A DNA stretch of 64,000 nucleotides, taken from positions 1,536,001-1,600,000 of the forward strand of contig OY761556.1 in assembly GCA_963664705.1 (NCBI GenBank). The letters run 5' to 3'. Positions 26,570-40,100 of the stretch are shown piece by piece (within the stretch, counting starts at the first letter, position 1; each line of letters opens with the position of its first letter). The notes under the pieces were generated by a model. It had not been told where the DNA came from. It saw only the letters and a program-made list of their open reading frames with translations, and did no database searches. The stretch comes from Acidobacteriota bacterium. Its GTDB lineage: Bacteria > Acidobacteriota > UBA6911. The translations under genes were made by a program, and so were the position numbers.

Positions 26570-28990
26570 ATGACGGAACGAGTCCATCGGCTGAAAAGCA
26601 AGATAATCACAAGCGGCCAGCATATCGGCATCGAAAAATTCAAGATCATCGTCGCGTCGGAAAGACAATGCACAGGCTATCCGCCTATCCTCCGGCGGGG
26701 CATTACCCTGAAGAACGTTCTTGAGCAGATGCCGATTTTTATCCAGCCTGATGAGCTGATTGTCGGAAACCCGGCCGGTCATCCATACGGGCTTGAAATT
26801 GAGGCCGGACTCGGCAAATGGGATAAGGACGAAGTTGATGCGCTCAGAACGGATGGCTATAAGTTCGACGAGAAGGACGAGAGCGAGATGCTGTCCATCA
26901 ACGAACAGTTCAAGCCCTTCGGAATGTATAATGGGGCAAACCTGATCATAGCTGCCGACGACAGACTGGATGTTTTCGCGCGCTGCGGCATGATGCTTGC
27001 CCCGTGGAAAAAAGACAAAACTCTCGGGAATCGGGTTGGAGGTGGAGCCGCATGCTCAGGCCTGGGCAATGGCCCCGGCTGGAATTTGCTTTGCATCGAC
27101 TTCTCCATTCCGCTCACACGAGGTCTGGATGCTCTGATCGAGGAGTGCCGGACCGAACTGAAGAACAATCGCTATTTTGACAGGCTCTCCTACGATCGAG
27201 GCATTACTTTACAGGCAATGATCGCATCGCTGGAAGGACTGGTGCATTACGCTCAGCGTTTTGCCCGGCTCGCCGATGACATGGCCGGCAGGGAGGTGGA
27301 TCCGCAGAGGAAAAAGGAACTGCTGGAGATTGCCGCGATATGCAGGAGAGTGCCGGCGTATCCCGCGCGGACATTCCGGGAGGCCCTGCAATGCTTCTGG
27401 TTCGTTTTCCTGCTGATGAATCCTTCGCCAACGCCCGCGATGGGACGCTTCGACCAGTATATGTATCCATCCTACAAGGCGGATATTGAGGCGGGCAGAA
27501 TAACCGATGATGAGGTACTGGAATACCTGTGCTGCCTGCGTGTCCGCTGTATGGAGCTGAATCAGCAATCGGGTAAAGAAATCCGCAAACGCACTTCCGG
27601 AGGAGCGCGTTGGATGAACATGACTATCGGTGGGGTGAAGCCGGATGGCAGCGACGCAACCAATGAATTGACTCACTTGATCCTGGACGCGCTGATGGAG
27701 TGTCCGACAACCCACCATACCATCACGCTTCGTGTCGCCGACTCTACTCCGGATTCCATTATGCTGAAGGCTGTTACCGCCCAGGCAAAGGGAATGAGCA
27801 TGCCGGCTTTTGTTGGAGATAAATCCTATATTAGCTATTTCAATAAACCGAACGACCCTGATGATGGGCTCGACATTGAAATTGCCAGGGACTACTGCAT
27901 GACCGGCTGTATCGACGGCAACATCGCCGGGCGTACACGTACCATGGGAATCACCATGTTTGTTGTGCCGAAAGTTCTCGACCTGTTCATGCACGACGGT
28001 TGGGATGCAAATATCAAAGAGCAGGTCGGGCATAAAATCGGAGATCTGGGCAGGTTCGCCAACTACGAGGATTTTCTCGAGGAATTCAAAAAGGAGTTTA
28101 CCTATTTTATCCGGCTTTCGGCGGAAAAGCTCAATATCGAAAGCATTGTTTTCAAAAACATGTTCCCCGATCCGTTCCGCGCAGCTCTCATGGACGGCGG
28201 CATACATTCCGGGCTTGACTGCTATGCCCAACCTTATGATTTTGAAAACAACCAACTCCTCAATCCAGTCGGGATGGTTAATCTTGCCCAATCGCTTTAT
28301 GCGATCAAGAAGCTTGTTTTCGAAGAAAGAGACGCCACATTGTCGGAGCTTGTCAAGGCATTGGATGCCAACTGGCAGGGCTATGAGGAGCTTCGGGCCA
28401 GGTGCCTGGCCCTGAGTCATTACGGAAACGGCATCGATGAGATCGATAAGATTGTTGGCGATTGTTATGCATTCTGGGCGGATGTTGCCGACACGATTCC
28501 ATCCATACTGGGTGGGCATTTCAGATGCTCTGCAATCTCCATTACGTCCCACCAGCCGGGCGGTGCGCTGGTCGGCGCCTCCCCGGATGGCCGCTATTCC
28601 GGAGAGATCCTCGCCGACGCATGCGCATCTCCAATGAGGAGCACCGATATCAAGGGTCCGCTGGCTGTTTTCAGAAGCGCTCTTCAAATTCCTCAGGACC
28701 GTTTTCAGGCCATGCTCTTGAATATGAAAATCCACCCGTCAGCCCTTCAATCGGATAGCAGCAAGCTAAAGCTGGCAAGCGCGATAAGAACGTATTTCGC
28801 TCATGGCGGCAAGCATGTGCAATTTATTGTGTGCGATCCGAAGACACTCGAGGACGCGAAGGCGCATCCCGAAGATCACCGCGATTTAATGGTACGGGTA
28901 GCGGGCTACAGCGCCTATTTTGTCCAGCTCACGCCTGGATTGCAGGATGAGGTCATCGCGCGCACGGCACATTTGTTGAATGAGCCCTGA
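26570..28990 (+). CDS. Second glycyl radical enzyme (divergent, substrate unknown)
   Basis: Gly loop VRVAGYSAYF, Cys loop TGCIDG, GRFDQY and ASPDGR motifs. Confidence 0.93.
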   Translation: MTERVHRLKSKIITSGQHIGIEKFKIIVASERQCTGYPPILRRGITLKNVLEQMPIFIQPDELIVGNPAGHPYGLEIEAGLGKWDKDEVDALRTDGYKFDEKDESEMLSINEQFKPFGMYNGANLIIAADDRLDVFARCGMMLAPWKKDKTLGNRVGGGAACSGLGNGPGWNLLCIDFSIPLTRGLDALIEECRTELKNNRYFDRLSYDRGITLQAMIASLEGLVHYAQRFARLADDMAGREVDPQRKKELLEIAAICRRVPAYPARTFREALQCFWFVFLLMNPSPTPAMGRFDQYMYPSYKADIEAGRITDDEVLEYLCCLRVRCMELNQQSGKEIRKRTSGGARWMNMTIGGVKPDGSDATNELTHLILDALMECPTTHHTITLRVADSTPDSIMLKAVTAQAKGMSMPAFVGDKSYISYFNKPNDPDDGLDIEIARDYCMTGCIDGNIAGRTRTMGITMFVVPKVLDLFMHDGWDANIKEQVGHKIGDLGRFANYEDFLEEFKKEFTYFIRLSAEKLNIESIVFKNMFPDPFRAALMDGGIHSGLDCYAQPYDFENNQLLNPVGMVNLAQSLYAIKKLVFEERDATLSELVKALDANWQGYEELRARCLALSHYGNGIDEIDKIVGDCYAFWADVADTIPSILGGHFRCSAISITSHQPGGALVGASPDGRYSGEILADACASPMRSTDIKGPLAVFRSALQIPQDRFQAMLLNMKIHPSALQSDSSKLKLASAIRTYFAHGGKHVQFIVCDPKTLEDAKAHPEDHRDLMVRVAGYSAYFVQLTPGLQDEVIARTAHLLNEP

Positions 28991-29141
28991 CATGGTTCCG
29001 GTATTTTCAATCGCGTGACTCCGATCAGGCAAAATGAGGCTATTGCCTGTCGAATGCCTCGGATGTTCTTGTATTCGAGAGATGTAAATAGAAGAATAGT
29101 CTGTTCGTTGAACGAAACTCGTAAAACTTCGCGAAAGAAAG

Positions 29142-29714
29142 GTGACCGCTCTTCGCATGACGACTTCAGCTGGAAATAACCCATTTTTACGATTGCTGCT
29201 TCTTTTGACACTCTCCCTGACTTCACTCTTTTGTCCAATGACGCTTGGGCAAGCCCCAGTGGTACCCGCGCGCGACGCGCTCTTGGATAAGCTGGCCGGA
29301 CATTGGGTGATGACCGGAACTATCGGCAAGCGGGCTGTAACGCATGACGTCGACGTTGATTGGATCCTCAACCGTCAATATATCCGTATCCACGAGGTTT
29401 CGCGCGAAAAGGATGATGGCAAAGCGCTCGCATACGAAGCGTGGATATACATTGTTTGGGATAAAGAAAACGCTGAATATGTGGTTATGTGGTTGGATAA
29501 TACCGGCACGACCAACTTTGCGGCTGAGGGCGTCGGGCACGGAAAGCCGGACGGCGACCGGATCCCATTCGTATGGAAATCAGCAGACAAGAGTGGTATT
29601 CGGAATACATTCGCATACAATCGCGCGAGCGAAACCTGGTCCTGGGCGATTGATAACGTGGACAAGTCGGGGACACCGTCCCCGTATGCAAATGTGACGT
29701 TGAAGCGGAAATAG
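29142..29714 (+). CDS. Secreted hypothetical protein (DUF1579-like beta-barrel)
   Basis: Signal peptide; LDKLAGHW motif; beta-rich sequence. Confidence 0.7.
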   Translation: MTALRMTTSAGNNPFLRLLLLLTLSLTSLFCPMTLGQAPVVPARDALLDKLAGHWVMTGTIGKRAVTHDVDVDWILNRQYIRIHEVSREKDDGKALAYEAWIYIVWDKENAEYVVMWLDNTGTTNFAAEGVGHGKPDGDRIPFVWKSADKSGIRNTFAYNRASETWSWAIDNVDKSGTPSPYANVTLKRK

Positions 29715-30026
29715 CCACAGTGCAAAGATCATCTGATGGAAATATGGTTTTCTGATCATCGAAAATCAACGCCTCGCAACTTGTCTTCATTATTTTCGAT
29801 TGAGCTATTTCCCTAAGCCGGATGCTGCCGATCTATCCCGGTCTCCGGCTCCTGTTCCGGCGGCTGCTTGTTTTTTGTTGTCTCCAGCAAAGCAGGTGAG
29901 ATATATTGATCTGGGTTCTCCGCAATTCAGGACGCTGCCTGTGACCCGCCACTAAAACATCATCCCCCGCCTTTTGACTGAAAAAATTGAGTCGAACTAC
30001 TAACTAGCACAAAATGAGGAATAATT

Positions 30027-30284
30027 ATGAGAATGACAAGAACAGATAAGACTTGGGAAGGTTTCCCCGTTTATCTAGCCACGGAAAAATCAGATGCATT
30101 GGAGCTAATCAATATCGGCACAGAAGAAAAGTTATCGCCCGCCTTTCTTGTCGGTCCGCAAGTGTTGGATAGAATTCAGGGCAATTACTGTAAAAGCCAG
30201 CCTGCACTGGAGTATTTGATCAAACAATTTCAGGACGGCAAGCTGGAATTGCTTAATCCCCCAGAGGAGAATAAGCGCGCATAG
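30027..30284 (+). CDS. Small hypothetical protein
   Basis: GAGGA RBS; plausible composition. Confidence 0.55.
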   Translation: MRMTRTDKTWEGFPVYLATEKSDALELINIGTEEKLSPAFLVGPQVLDRIQGNYCKSQPALEYLIKQFQDGKLELLNPPEENKRA

Positions 30285-30434
30285 CGGCCAGGAACAATAC
30301 CTTCCAGGTCTCTAGTCGATTTACGGCAAGGAATTCTTTGGACTATGGTTCCCTTGAGGTTAATTCTCAAACGGCGGATCCCATGGGAGCGGCGGCTTCC
30401 GGCATGTTAAAATTTCCATGGAATAGACTAGAGG

Positions 30435-30803
30435 ATGCCCATGAGAATGAATCGCCTGGTGCCGATGCTGCCTGTGAAGAGCCTGCCGGCGAGCATCGAG
30501 TTCTATCAAAAACTCGGGTTCAGCGTTGAGCAAAGGAATGATGATTGGGGTTGGGCAATGCTTCGCTTTGACGACTGTCATCTGATGGTGGATCAATCGA
30601 TCCGTCACCCTAACGTGCCTAATCAATCCGTTCTATACTTTTATCCCGAAAATATCGTGGCATATCACGAGCAGGTGCGAAGAGGTGGCTTGGACATCCC
30701 AGACTTGGATACCACTTTTTACGGAATGACAGAATTTCGAATTGATGATCCGGACGGCAATCGATTGTGGATTGGGCAGAACACTCGATTGGAGCAAAAA
30801 TAG
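30435..30803 (+). CDS. VOC/glyoxalase-bleomycin resistance family protein
   Basis: SIEFYQKLGF and YGMTEFRIDDPDGNRL motifs. Confidence 0.9.
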   Translation: MPMRMNRLVPMLPVKSLPASIEFYQKLGFSVEQRNDDWGWAMLRFDDCHLMVDQSIRHPNVPNQSVLYFYPENIVAYHEQVRRGGLDIPDLDTTFYGMTEFRIDDPDGNRLWIGQNTRLEQK

Positions 30804-31183
30804 TCAGAGAACAGGATGGAGAGAACGGTTCCCAGTTTTCTCCGCTAATGCAATCTGCCGCGATTATGTAACTGCTTTTCAGCACGGTGTTTTGATCTCC
30901 GGCCTCTTTCCGAGCCTCCAACCGGATCGATTTACTCGCTCTCCATTTGCACTCTATTGAGAACCTGCGTTTCGCGGCTCCGCATAAACAGGGCGCTTCC
31001 CGGCTGCGCCAAGTCTCTTTTCCCCATTAAATACTGCTAAGAAATCCTGAAAACATCTCGATAAAAGGATATGGGGTCAGTGTAAGAGCAATCGCGCATG
31101 CTCGACCCGTTGATTACGCAATACATCCTTCCAAGTGGACGTTGATATTGCATTTAGCCGCATCACCGGCGATAGGAATAGGA

Positions 31184-34100
31184 ATGAGCACGTATTTGCT
31201 GAAGGCAGTCAGGCGGGTACTACTGAAAACATCGGCGGGAGTATGTTTGATTTTTATTATGCTCGCAACAGCTGTTTCGGGACTGGCTGCGACCAGCGTA
31301 GATCTTAGCGTCTCTTCTTATAACTGGACGCCCGACCCTGTTATTCGAGGTGGTTCCGCTGTATTCTCCGTTGTTGCCACAAACAATGATGCCAGTTTTG
31401 CAGCCTCGAACCTGACGTTAGCCGTACAACTTCCTGCAAATATCGACTTCAGCACGGTGGCAACCACAACGCCGTCGGGATGCGCTTTCAATCTTACCGC
31501 CAATCCGCAGACTCTCACCTGCACAAAGGCAACTCTGGCTGCTCTGGCCACCTGGAGTTTGAGCTTCACTGGAGTCGGTTCCTCCGCCGGCACGCAAAAC
31601 ACAGTTGCAACGGTGAGCGCTGCGGACAATAGCGATTCGAACAGCGGCAACGATTCTCTAACGAAGCCGACAACGGTAATCAAGGGCGGTGACCTGACAA
31701 TTCAAAAGAGCGGACCCGCTTCGGCAACCGCGGGTTCGACAATAAGCTTCACTATTCGCGTAACGAACAATGGCCCTGATCCGGGGACTACTTTTCGTGT
31801 AACGGACAATCTTCCGGCTGCAATCGATTTCACCTATCAGTCGGCTTCCGGCACCGGTTGGGGGTGTAGCCATAGCGGTACAACGGTAACCTGCGACTAC
31901 TCCGGTGCTGAAGTGACCTCCGGAAACCATGCTCCGGACATCACGCTCACGGGACGCGTCATTACCTCGGGGGGAAGTATTACGAATGGAGCTTCCGTTA
32001 TTACCACGGACGGCAGCACCGGAGATCCGGTTTCCGGCAACAACGGGCCATCGCAAGCGGTAGTAAGCGTGACCGCGGGTACGGACCTCCGCGCAAATAA
32101 GTCGATGGTTTCGAATCTCACGGGAATGACGACTTTTGCAACGGGAGAAGCGGTTACGTTAACCCTTTCGGCCACCAACCTCGGGCCGCAGAATGCAACG
32201 GGTGTAACCATTACCGATAGCGTGACGGCTGATTTCAGCATTGGAATATTGCCTGGCGGATGTTCATCGATCGGGCAGGCTATAACGTGCACAGTCGGCG
32301 CATTGAACAACGGCGTGACCTCTTCCGGCTTCGTCATTCCACTGACAGTCGTGGGAGCCGCCGGAAACAGCGGGACAAATAGCGCAGGCGTAACAAGGAC
32401 AGCGCCGGTTGGGGGATTGAACACAGCCGCGACCGTCGGTTACACGATCAGTGCCCCCTTCGCTCATTTGACGATTGCAAAGAGCAAAGCGCCAAACCCG
32501 GTTGCGGCAGGCGCCAATATCACCAACACTATCACGATTACAAATTCCAACAGCTCGACCTCCGCGGCAACCGGGACCATTCGTACTACCGACGTTCTTG
32601 ACGCCAACGAGAAGTTCGTTTCCTTTTCCGGAAGCGGTTGGGGTTGTTCCGGGCTCCTGGCCGGCGAAACGGGCACGATTACGTGTGATTACAGCGGGGC
32701 GAACCTTGCCAGGGGGGCATCATTGCCAGCCCTGACCATTATTACCCAGACTGACACCGGATATCTTGGTCCCATTAGCAACACTGCCTGTACGGGACAA
32801 TCCGCCGGTTCCCCTCATACGCCGGCCGATAATTCGAGCACCGGCAACTGCCAGAGTAGAACAGTGACCGCGACGCCTCGTTATGTAGATCTCTCAGTCG
32901 CCAAATCCGCCAGTACCGCGCATCTGCTTATCACCGATAACACCTTCAATTATACATTGACCATTGCGAATGCAGGTCCCGACATGGCGCCAACCGTCAG
33001 GGTGAACGATGTGCTCAATGCCTGGTACAGCGGTCTCGCGGGGAGTGCGAGTGGGAGTGCGGAGATTGGCGGCGCCGTTGGGGGCGAATCGTGTTCCTTC
33101 GGTTCAACCGTGAGCTGTACGCTTTTGGACATTGCGGGCGGGACATCCCGCACCATCACCATCACTCTCAATCGGCCGATGAAAGATGGAACGATTGCGA
33201 ATACCGCGACTGTTTCCACTCCTGATGCGATCGACACTGTGCCGGGCAACAACTCCGGCTCCGTCAGCCTCACGATCGATCCGCTTGCCAACGTAGGGGT
33301 TACTTCAATCGCGGCGGCTCCCGATCCGATCAAGGTCGGAGTTCAGCTTACCTATACGACGTCGATCAAGAACAACGGCCCGAGTACGGCGGCCGGGGTT
33401 GTATTGCGGCACCTGATCGATCCGGCAAAGGTGACCTATTCCACCGGTTCTGCCAGTTTGACGATTGGCGGATCCTGCAGCTATATCAGTTCTTTTGTTG
33501 GGGCGCCTTACGCGGGCCAATCCGGCATAGAGTGCAGCGGCTTTTCGCTTTCAAACGGGGAATCCCGACAGCTTACTTTCAAGGTTATCCCCGTTTACCC
33601 GTATCCCGGTGGAGTACCCAATACCTATAGCAGCACCGCTTATATAACAACGACGACTCCGGAAACGGATTCCCCCGGCTATGCAAACAACGAGAACAGC
33701 AATTCGACGGGCGTCATTATTGACGCATTGGATCTCGCGGTAACCGATAATGACCCGAGCTATGATCCTACGGCGTTTGGCGATGCGATCATTTATCAGA
33801 TCAAAGTACAGAACAACGGGCCTTCCCAGGCTACCGCCTTTACCCTGACTGTGACTCCTGTACCTCCACCGCAGGGCGGCGCTTTGGACCCATATGCGAT
33901 GACCTACAACGCCACAGGCAGCAGCCTGCCTGTAGGAGCAACCTGCAGTCCAGTCGGATCGGACATTGTATGTTATCTGGGCGCCGGACCGTCCAGCAGC
34001 TATCTGGCCCTTAACAGCAGCCAAACCTTCAGCCTGAAATTCGACACGGGGCCTCTCACCAACATCCCGAGTGGATCACTGACCTATAAAACAATCGCGA

Positions 34101-37100
34101 CGGTCAGTTCAAACGAGACTTTGGCCGGGGACGATTCACTTCCGGGAAACAACAGCGTTACCGAAACAACCACCGTTCTGCCCAAAACAGACCTTATGGT
34201 TGTCAGCAAAGCTGTCTCTAAAGCGACCGTGGACATTAATGAACCGTTTACGTACACGGTGACAGTCGGCAACAAGGGGCCGTCCGATGCCGCGGGGATG
34301 AAGGTAACGGATATTCTTCCTGCCGGAATCGTTTTGACCGGCGCTGTGACGGTTACGCCGGGTGCATCTGTTTCGTTAACAAGCAATACGTGCACAACTC
34401 CGGGAGTCGGAAACAATGGCACCATTGACTGCACCATTGGGCCGATCCCGACGGATGCGAGTGGAGTCGATGGTACAAAACAGATCACCATCGGAATTCC
34501 GGTCCGTGCTGCCTACCAGTCGAGCGGCACCTATAGTTTTGCCTTCAATACCAATATCACCAATACCGCCACGGCAGCAGTACTCACAGGCGTTTCACTC
34601 GATCCGGACAACAGCAATAACTCACGATCGGTAACGGTGCAGGTGCGCAAGAACAGCATCGGAGGCACCGTCTATGCGGACAATAATAAAAACGACATCA
34701 TTGACGCGGGTGAGGGAATCAACAGCGTTACCCTGACACTGACCGGTACCGATAGCTACGGCAATACCTATCTTTCCAGCGGCGGCACTTATCCGGCCAT
34801 TACCACGACCACTGCCGGGTCGGGAAATACGGGCATTTTCACTTTAGATAAGCTCCCTCCGGGCACATGGGCCATCGCAGAAAGCCAGCCGGCAAATTAC
34901 TACGATGCTTTTGAAACTGCAGGAACCGCCGGAGGAACGGTGCCGCCTGCCACATGCGACGGTACCAATAACTGCGGATCGGCGGCATTACTCAACACAA
35001 TCAGTGGAATCAGCTTGCCCGCAGATACGGCGACGGCGACGACCGGATACATTTTTCAGGAATATCAGAGAGCGTCGCTGACCGGGTATGTCTATCATGA
35101 TGCCAACAACGACGGAGACAAAGCGGCCGGAGAGACCACCGGCGTAAATACCCAGAGCATTACTCTATCGGGTACTGCTTACAATAATGTGAACGTGTGC
35201 ACGATTATCACCTGCACCATTAATACAAATGCATCCGGACTATACAACTTCAGCACGCTGCCGCCGAGCGATGGCACGGGCTACACAGTAACTCAGAATA
35301 ATCAGCCCGCCGGCTATTTGCCAGGCAAATCGCAGAATGGCGCCGGAGTCGGCAACGTCGTGCCGGGATCGGCCGGAGTCTCTGCGCCAAAGAGCATAAC
35401 TGGAATAGTCCTGACTCCAAGCCAGTCTGCAACCAATCGAAACTTCGGTGAGCTTCGGCCGGCTACGATCAGTGGTTTTGTCTTTATAGACGCGGATGCC
35501 GATGCGGTCCGCGATGCAGGCGAAACATCGGGGATGACAGGCTTGACGGTTGCTTTGACCGGGACTGACGATCTGGGCAATCCGGTTGGGCCTACGAATG
35601 CAACCACAGGTGCCAACGGCAGCTATAGCTTCACCAACAACCGACCGGGCACCTACGCGGTAACCGAAACGCCTCCTTCGGGAGTTGTTCACATCGGGGC
35701 ACAGGCAGGTTCCAAGGGAGGAGACATCGCGGGCTCCACCCGTGCATCAGGCGTTGGAGTGGTGGGGGCCGGAAATCTTTCGATTACCAATATTCCGATT
35801 GTATCCAACGACACTGCCGCTAACTACAACTTCGGCGAAAGCGGGCAGGGGTTGTCGGGCTACGTTTATATCGACAGCAATGCGAACGGCATTATGGATG
35901 CTGGAGAACCGGGGATACTCGGGGTGCAAATCACGCTCTCGGGCAACACTGACATAGGAACGAGCGTCTGTGTGGCAATAAATCCGAATCCCTGCACCAT
36001 ATCCACCAACGCTTCCGGCTATTTTCTTTATAGCGGCCTTCCGGCCAGCGACGTCAGCGGCTATACGCTCACTGAGCAGCTGCAAACGGTTTCGCCTCTG
36101 ACAAATTACAGTGACGGTAGCGATAATATCGGAACTGTAGGCGGGACCAGCCGCGGATCGGCTGCCGTCAAAAACCGATTTTCCGGAATCACCCTGGCTG
36201 TTGCAGAAAATGGGATCAACTACAATTTCGGCGAACTTGCCGCCAGGATTTCAGGAACTGTTTACTACGATGCTGACAACGACGGAGCGAAGGGCGGGGG
36301 TGAGGCTGGTTTGTCGGGCATTACGGTAACGATTACCGGCACCAGTGTTACCAGTTCTGCTGTCAACAAAAGCGCGGTAACCGATGCTTCCGGGAATTTC
36401 ACTCTAGGGGATCTTCTGCCGGCAAACGGCTCAGGCTATACCCTGACTGTGACACAACCGGCAAATTACGCCGACGGTAAGAAGTCGGCGGGCACTTCGG
36501 GCGGAACCGCCAATGCGGCGGGTACCAGGACAATTACCGCCATAGCGCTGGGTGCCGGAGCCAATGCTACCGGATATTTCTTCGGTGAGACGCTTGGCAG
36601 CCTTTCCGGAACGATTTATTACGATGCCAATAATGACGGGGCCAAACTGGGCGCGACCGAAGTCGGGATCGGTGGTGTCACGATCACACTGTCCGGTACT
36701 GCCGCTTCAGGCGTGAATGTCTGCACCCTGGCAACCTGTACTGCTGTGACAAATGCCGGCGGAAGCTTCAGCTTCGCCGAACTTCCGGCTGCCAATGGTT
36801 CGGGCTATACCCTGACCGTAACTCAACCAGCAAACTATGCCGATGGCAAGAAGACAGCGGGTACTTCGGGCGGAACCGCCAATGCGGCGGGCACCAGAAC
36901 CATCACGGCCATAGCGCTGGCTGCCGGAGCCAACGGCACCGGGTATTTGTTTGGCGAGACTCTCGGGAGTCTTTCCGGCACGGTTTATTACGATGCCAAT
37001 AATGACGGTGCAAAGCTTGGGGCCGCCGAGACGGGTATCAGCGGGGTATCGATAGCCCTTACAGGTATTGATCTCGCTTCCGGCGCGGCCGTCAGCCAGA

Positions 37101-40100
37101 CCGCCGTGACCGACATAAACGGTGATTATTCATTCAGCGATATTCCGGCGAGTGGTGCCGGTGGCTACACTTTGACGGTTACGCAACCGACCAATTACGC
37201 CGACGGCAAAAAAGCGATCGGAACTTCGGGTGGAACGGCCGGGTCGCCGGGTGTCCGTACAATCACCGGCATCAACTTCGCAGCCGGAACAAATGCCACT
37301 GGGTATCTCTTCGGTGAGACGCTCGGCAGTCTCACGGGTACGGTCTATTACGACTCCAATGATGATGGATTCAAACTCGGGGCCTCCGAGACAGGGATTC
37401 CGGGGGTCACAGTCACGCTTAGCGGGAATCTCGCCACGGGAACGCCGGTCAGCGTTAGTTCAGTGACCGATGGCAGCGGTAATTACTCGTTCAGTAATAT
37501 TGGCGCCAGCAGCGCCGGTGGCTACACTTTAACGGTTACTCAGCCGGTAATTTATGCGGATGGCAAAAAGGTCGTTGGGACATCGGGTGGTACGGCCGGA
37601 GCTCCCGGTATCAGAACGATCAGCGACATCCTCTTCGCGAGCGGAACAAATGCCACCGGGTATCTTTTTGGTGAGCGGTTGGGCCGCCTCTCCGGGACGG
37701 TATATACAGACCGAAATAATGACGGTGTTCACGATGCCGATGAACCTGGCATCTCCGGTGTGACGCTGACGCTATCGGGTACCGATGCGGCAGGAGCCGC
37801 AGTCAACCGGAGTATGGTCAGTGCCACGGACGGCAGCTTTAGTTTTGCGGATGTTGCGGCGAGCAACGGTTCCGGTTACACGCTTACGGAAACACAACCG
37901 GTGAACTATGCCGACGGTCTTGAGACTGTTGGCGGCCTCGGCGGATCGGCCGGAGCGGCAGGCACCAGTGTCATCAGCGGCATTGTCTTCACTGCCGGCG
38001 CCAGCGGGAACGGCTATCTGTTCGGCGACAGGCTGGGCGGACTGATCGGCATTGTCTATGTCGATGACAACAACAACGGCGTTAAGGATGCCGGCGAAGC
38101 GGGCATTGCCAATGTCTCAATAGCTCTGACCGGCACCGATGCGAGCGGGGCAGCGGTAAATCGCAGCGTCATCACTGCATCCGATGGAACCTATAGCTTC
38201 GCAGACGTAGCTGCCTCAAATGGCACTGGATATACGCTCAGCGAAACGCAGCCGGTCGGATATCTTGATGGCATCGAGACTGCGGGTACGCTTGGCGGAT
38301 CAGCCGGAGCGGCGGGCAGCAGCGTCATCAGCGGAATAGTTTATCCTGCCGCATCGAATGCCACTGGGTATCTTTTTGGCGAGCGGTTGGGCGTACTTTC
38401 GGGATTTGTCTACTACGATGCCAACAATAATGGAGCTAAAGAAGCGGGCGAAGAGGGCATTGCCGGAATCGCGATCACATTAACGGGAACCGATGCGGCG
38501 AGCAATCCCGTGAATCGCACAACCACAACGGGAAGTGATGGCGGTTACACCTTTTCAGCCATGCTGTCCGCCAATTCCAGCGGTTACACCCTCACCGAAA
38601 TTCAACCTCCCGGTATGCTTGACGGCAAAGAGACGGCGGGAACGCTAGGCGGAGTGGTCGATAATTCAAGCTTCACATCGCTTGCTGCGCAAAACCAAAT
38701 CAGCGCGATTCCTTTCGCTGCCGGGAATTCGGGGACGAATTATCTTTTCGGCGAGCGGCTTGGCAGCCTTGCAGGAATCGTCTATTACGACCCCAACAAC
38801 AATGGATTGAAAGACCCCGGTGAGACCGGAATCGCCGGAGCCACCCTGACCTTGACCGGCACGGATGCAACGAATGTTGCCATCAACCGTACTGCCACGA
38901 CGGCAGCCGACGGCAGCTATACCTTTGTGGATCTTCCAGCTTCCGACGCGTCGGGCTACACTGTTACCGAGAACCAACCGGTTATCTATTCCGACGGCGC
39001 CGTCACGGTGGGAACAGCCGGCGGCTCAATCGGGATCAACAAAATATCCGCGATCCATTTCGCCGTGGGCATGACGGCAACCGGCTATCTCTTTGGCGAA
39101 CGGCTGGGCAGCCTCTCGGGTACGGTATATACAGACAAAAATGGTGACGGCGTTCGCGATGCCGGCGAGCCGGGTATTTCCGGTATTACAATTACACTTT
39201 CGGGCACCGATGCGGCGGGATCTGCGCTGAGCCGTACTACTCTCACGGTGGATGATGGCAGCTACAGTTTCAAGGAGCTCCCGGTAGCGAACAGCTCCGG
39301 GTACACTCTGACCGAAACCCAGCCGATCAATTACCTCGACGGAAGGGAGACTGCGGGGACGCTGGGCGGCACAGTCGATAACGCAAGTTTTACCGCCCTG
39401 GCAATCCAGAATCGCATCAGCGCTATCCCCTTTGCTCCTGGCGACTCCGGTTCCGGCTATCTCTTCGGGGAGCGGCTGGGCAGCCTTTCCGGAATCGTCT
39501 TTTATGATGCCAACAACAACGGTGCAAAGGAAGCTGGTGAGGATGGATTAGCGGGAGTCGGCGTCAGTCTGACCGGTACCAATATAGGCGGTTCGGCGCT
39601 GAATCTCACCACAGTTACTGCTGCCGACGGCAGCTACAGCTTTGTTGATATTCCGGCGAGCAATGCATCCGGTTACACTCTGACCGAAACTCAGCCACCC
39701 GCCTATACCGATGGTCAGGCAATACCCGGCTCGGCGGGAGGCGCGGCCGGTATCAATGCAATCACTGCAATCAATTTTGCGGCCGGTATCAATGCCGCGG
39801 GATATCTGTTTGCGGAACGTCTTGGCGCTTTGACGGGCAGCGTGTATCTCGATATCAACAATAATAATATTATCGATACAGGAGAAACGGGAATCGCGGG
39901 TGTCACGATTACGCTCTCCGGGATCGATGCCGCGGGTATTCCTGTTAACCGGACCTCCATTACTGCCGGTGACGGCAAGTACGGCTTCAGCGGTCTTCCC
40001 AATGCAAACGGTGCCGGCTATAGATTGGTCGAAACCCAGCCCGCAACCTACCTGGATGGCAAGGTGAGCCGAGGCCTGATCAATGGAGTTGAATGTAATG

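Noticed and set aside
27209-28735. Long antisense ORFs (also 25377-26507, 58931-60385, 9702-10544)
   Set aside because: They are shadows of well-supported genes on the opposite strand and have no motifs.
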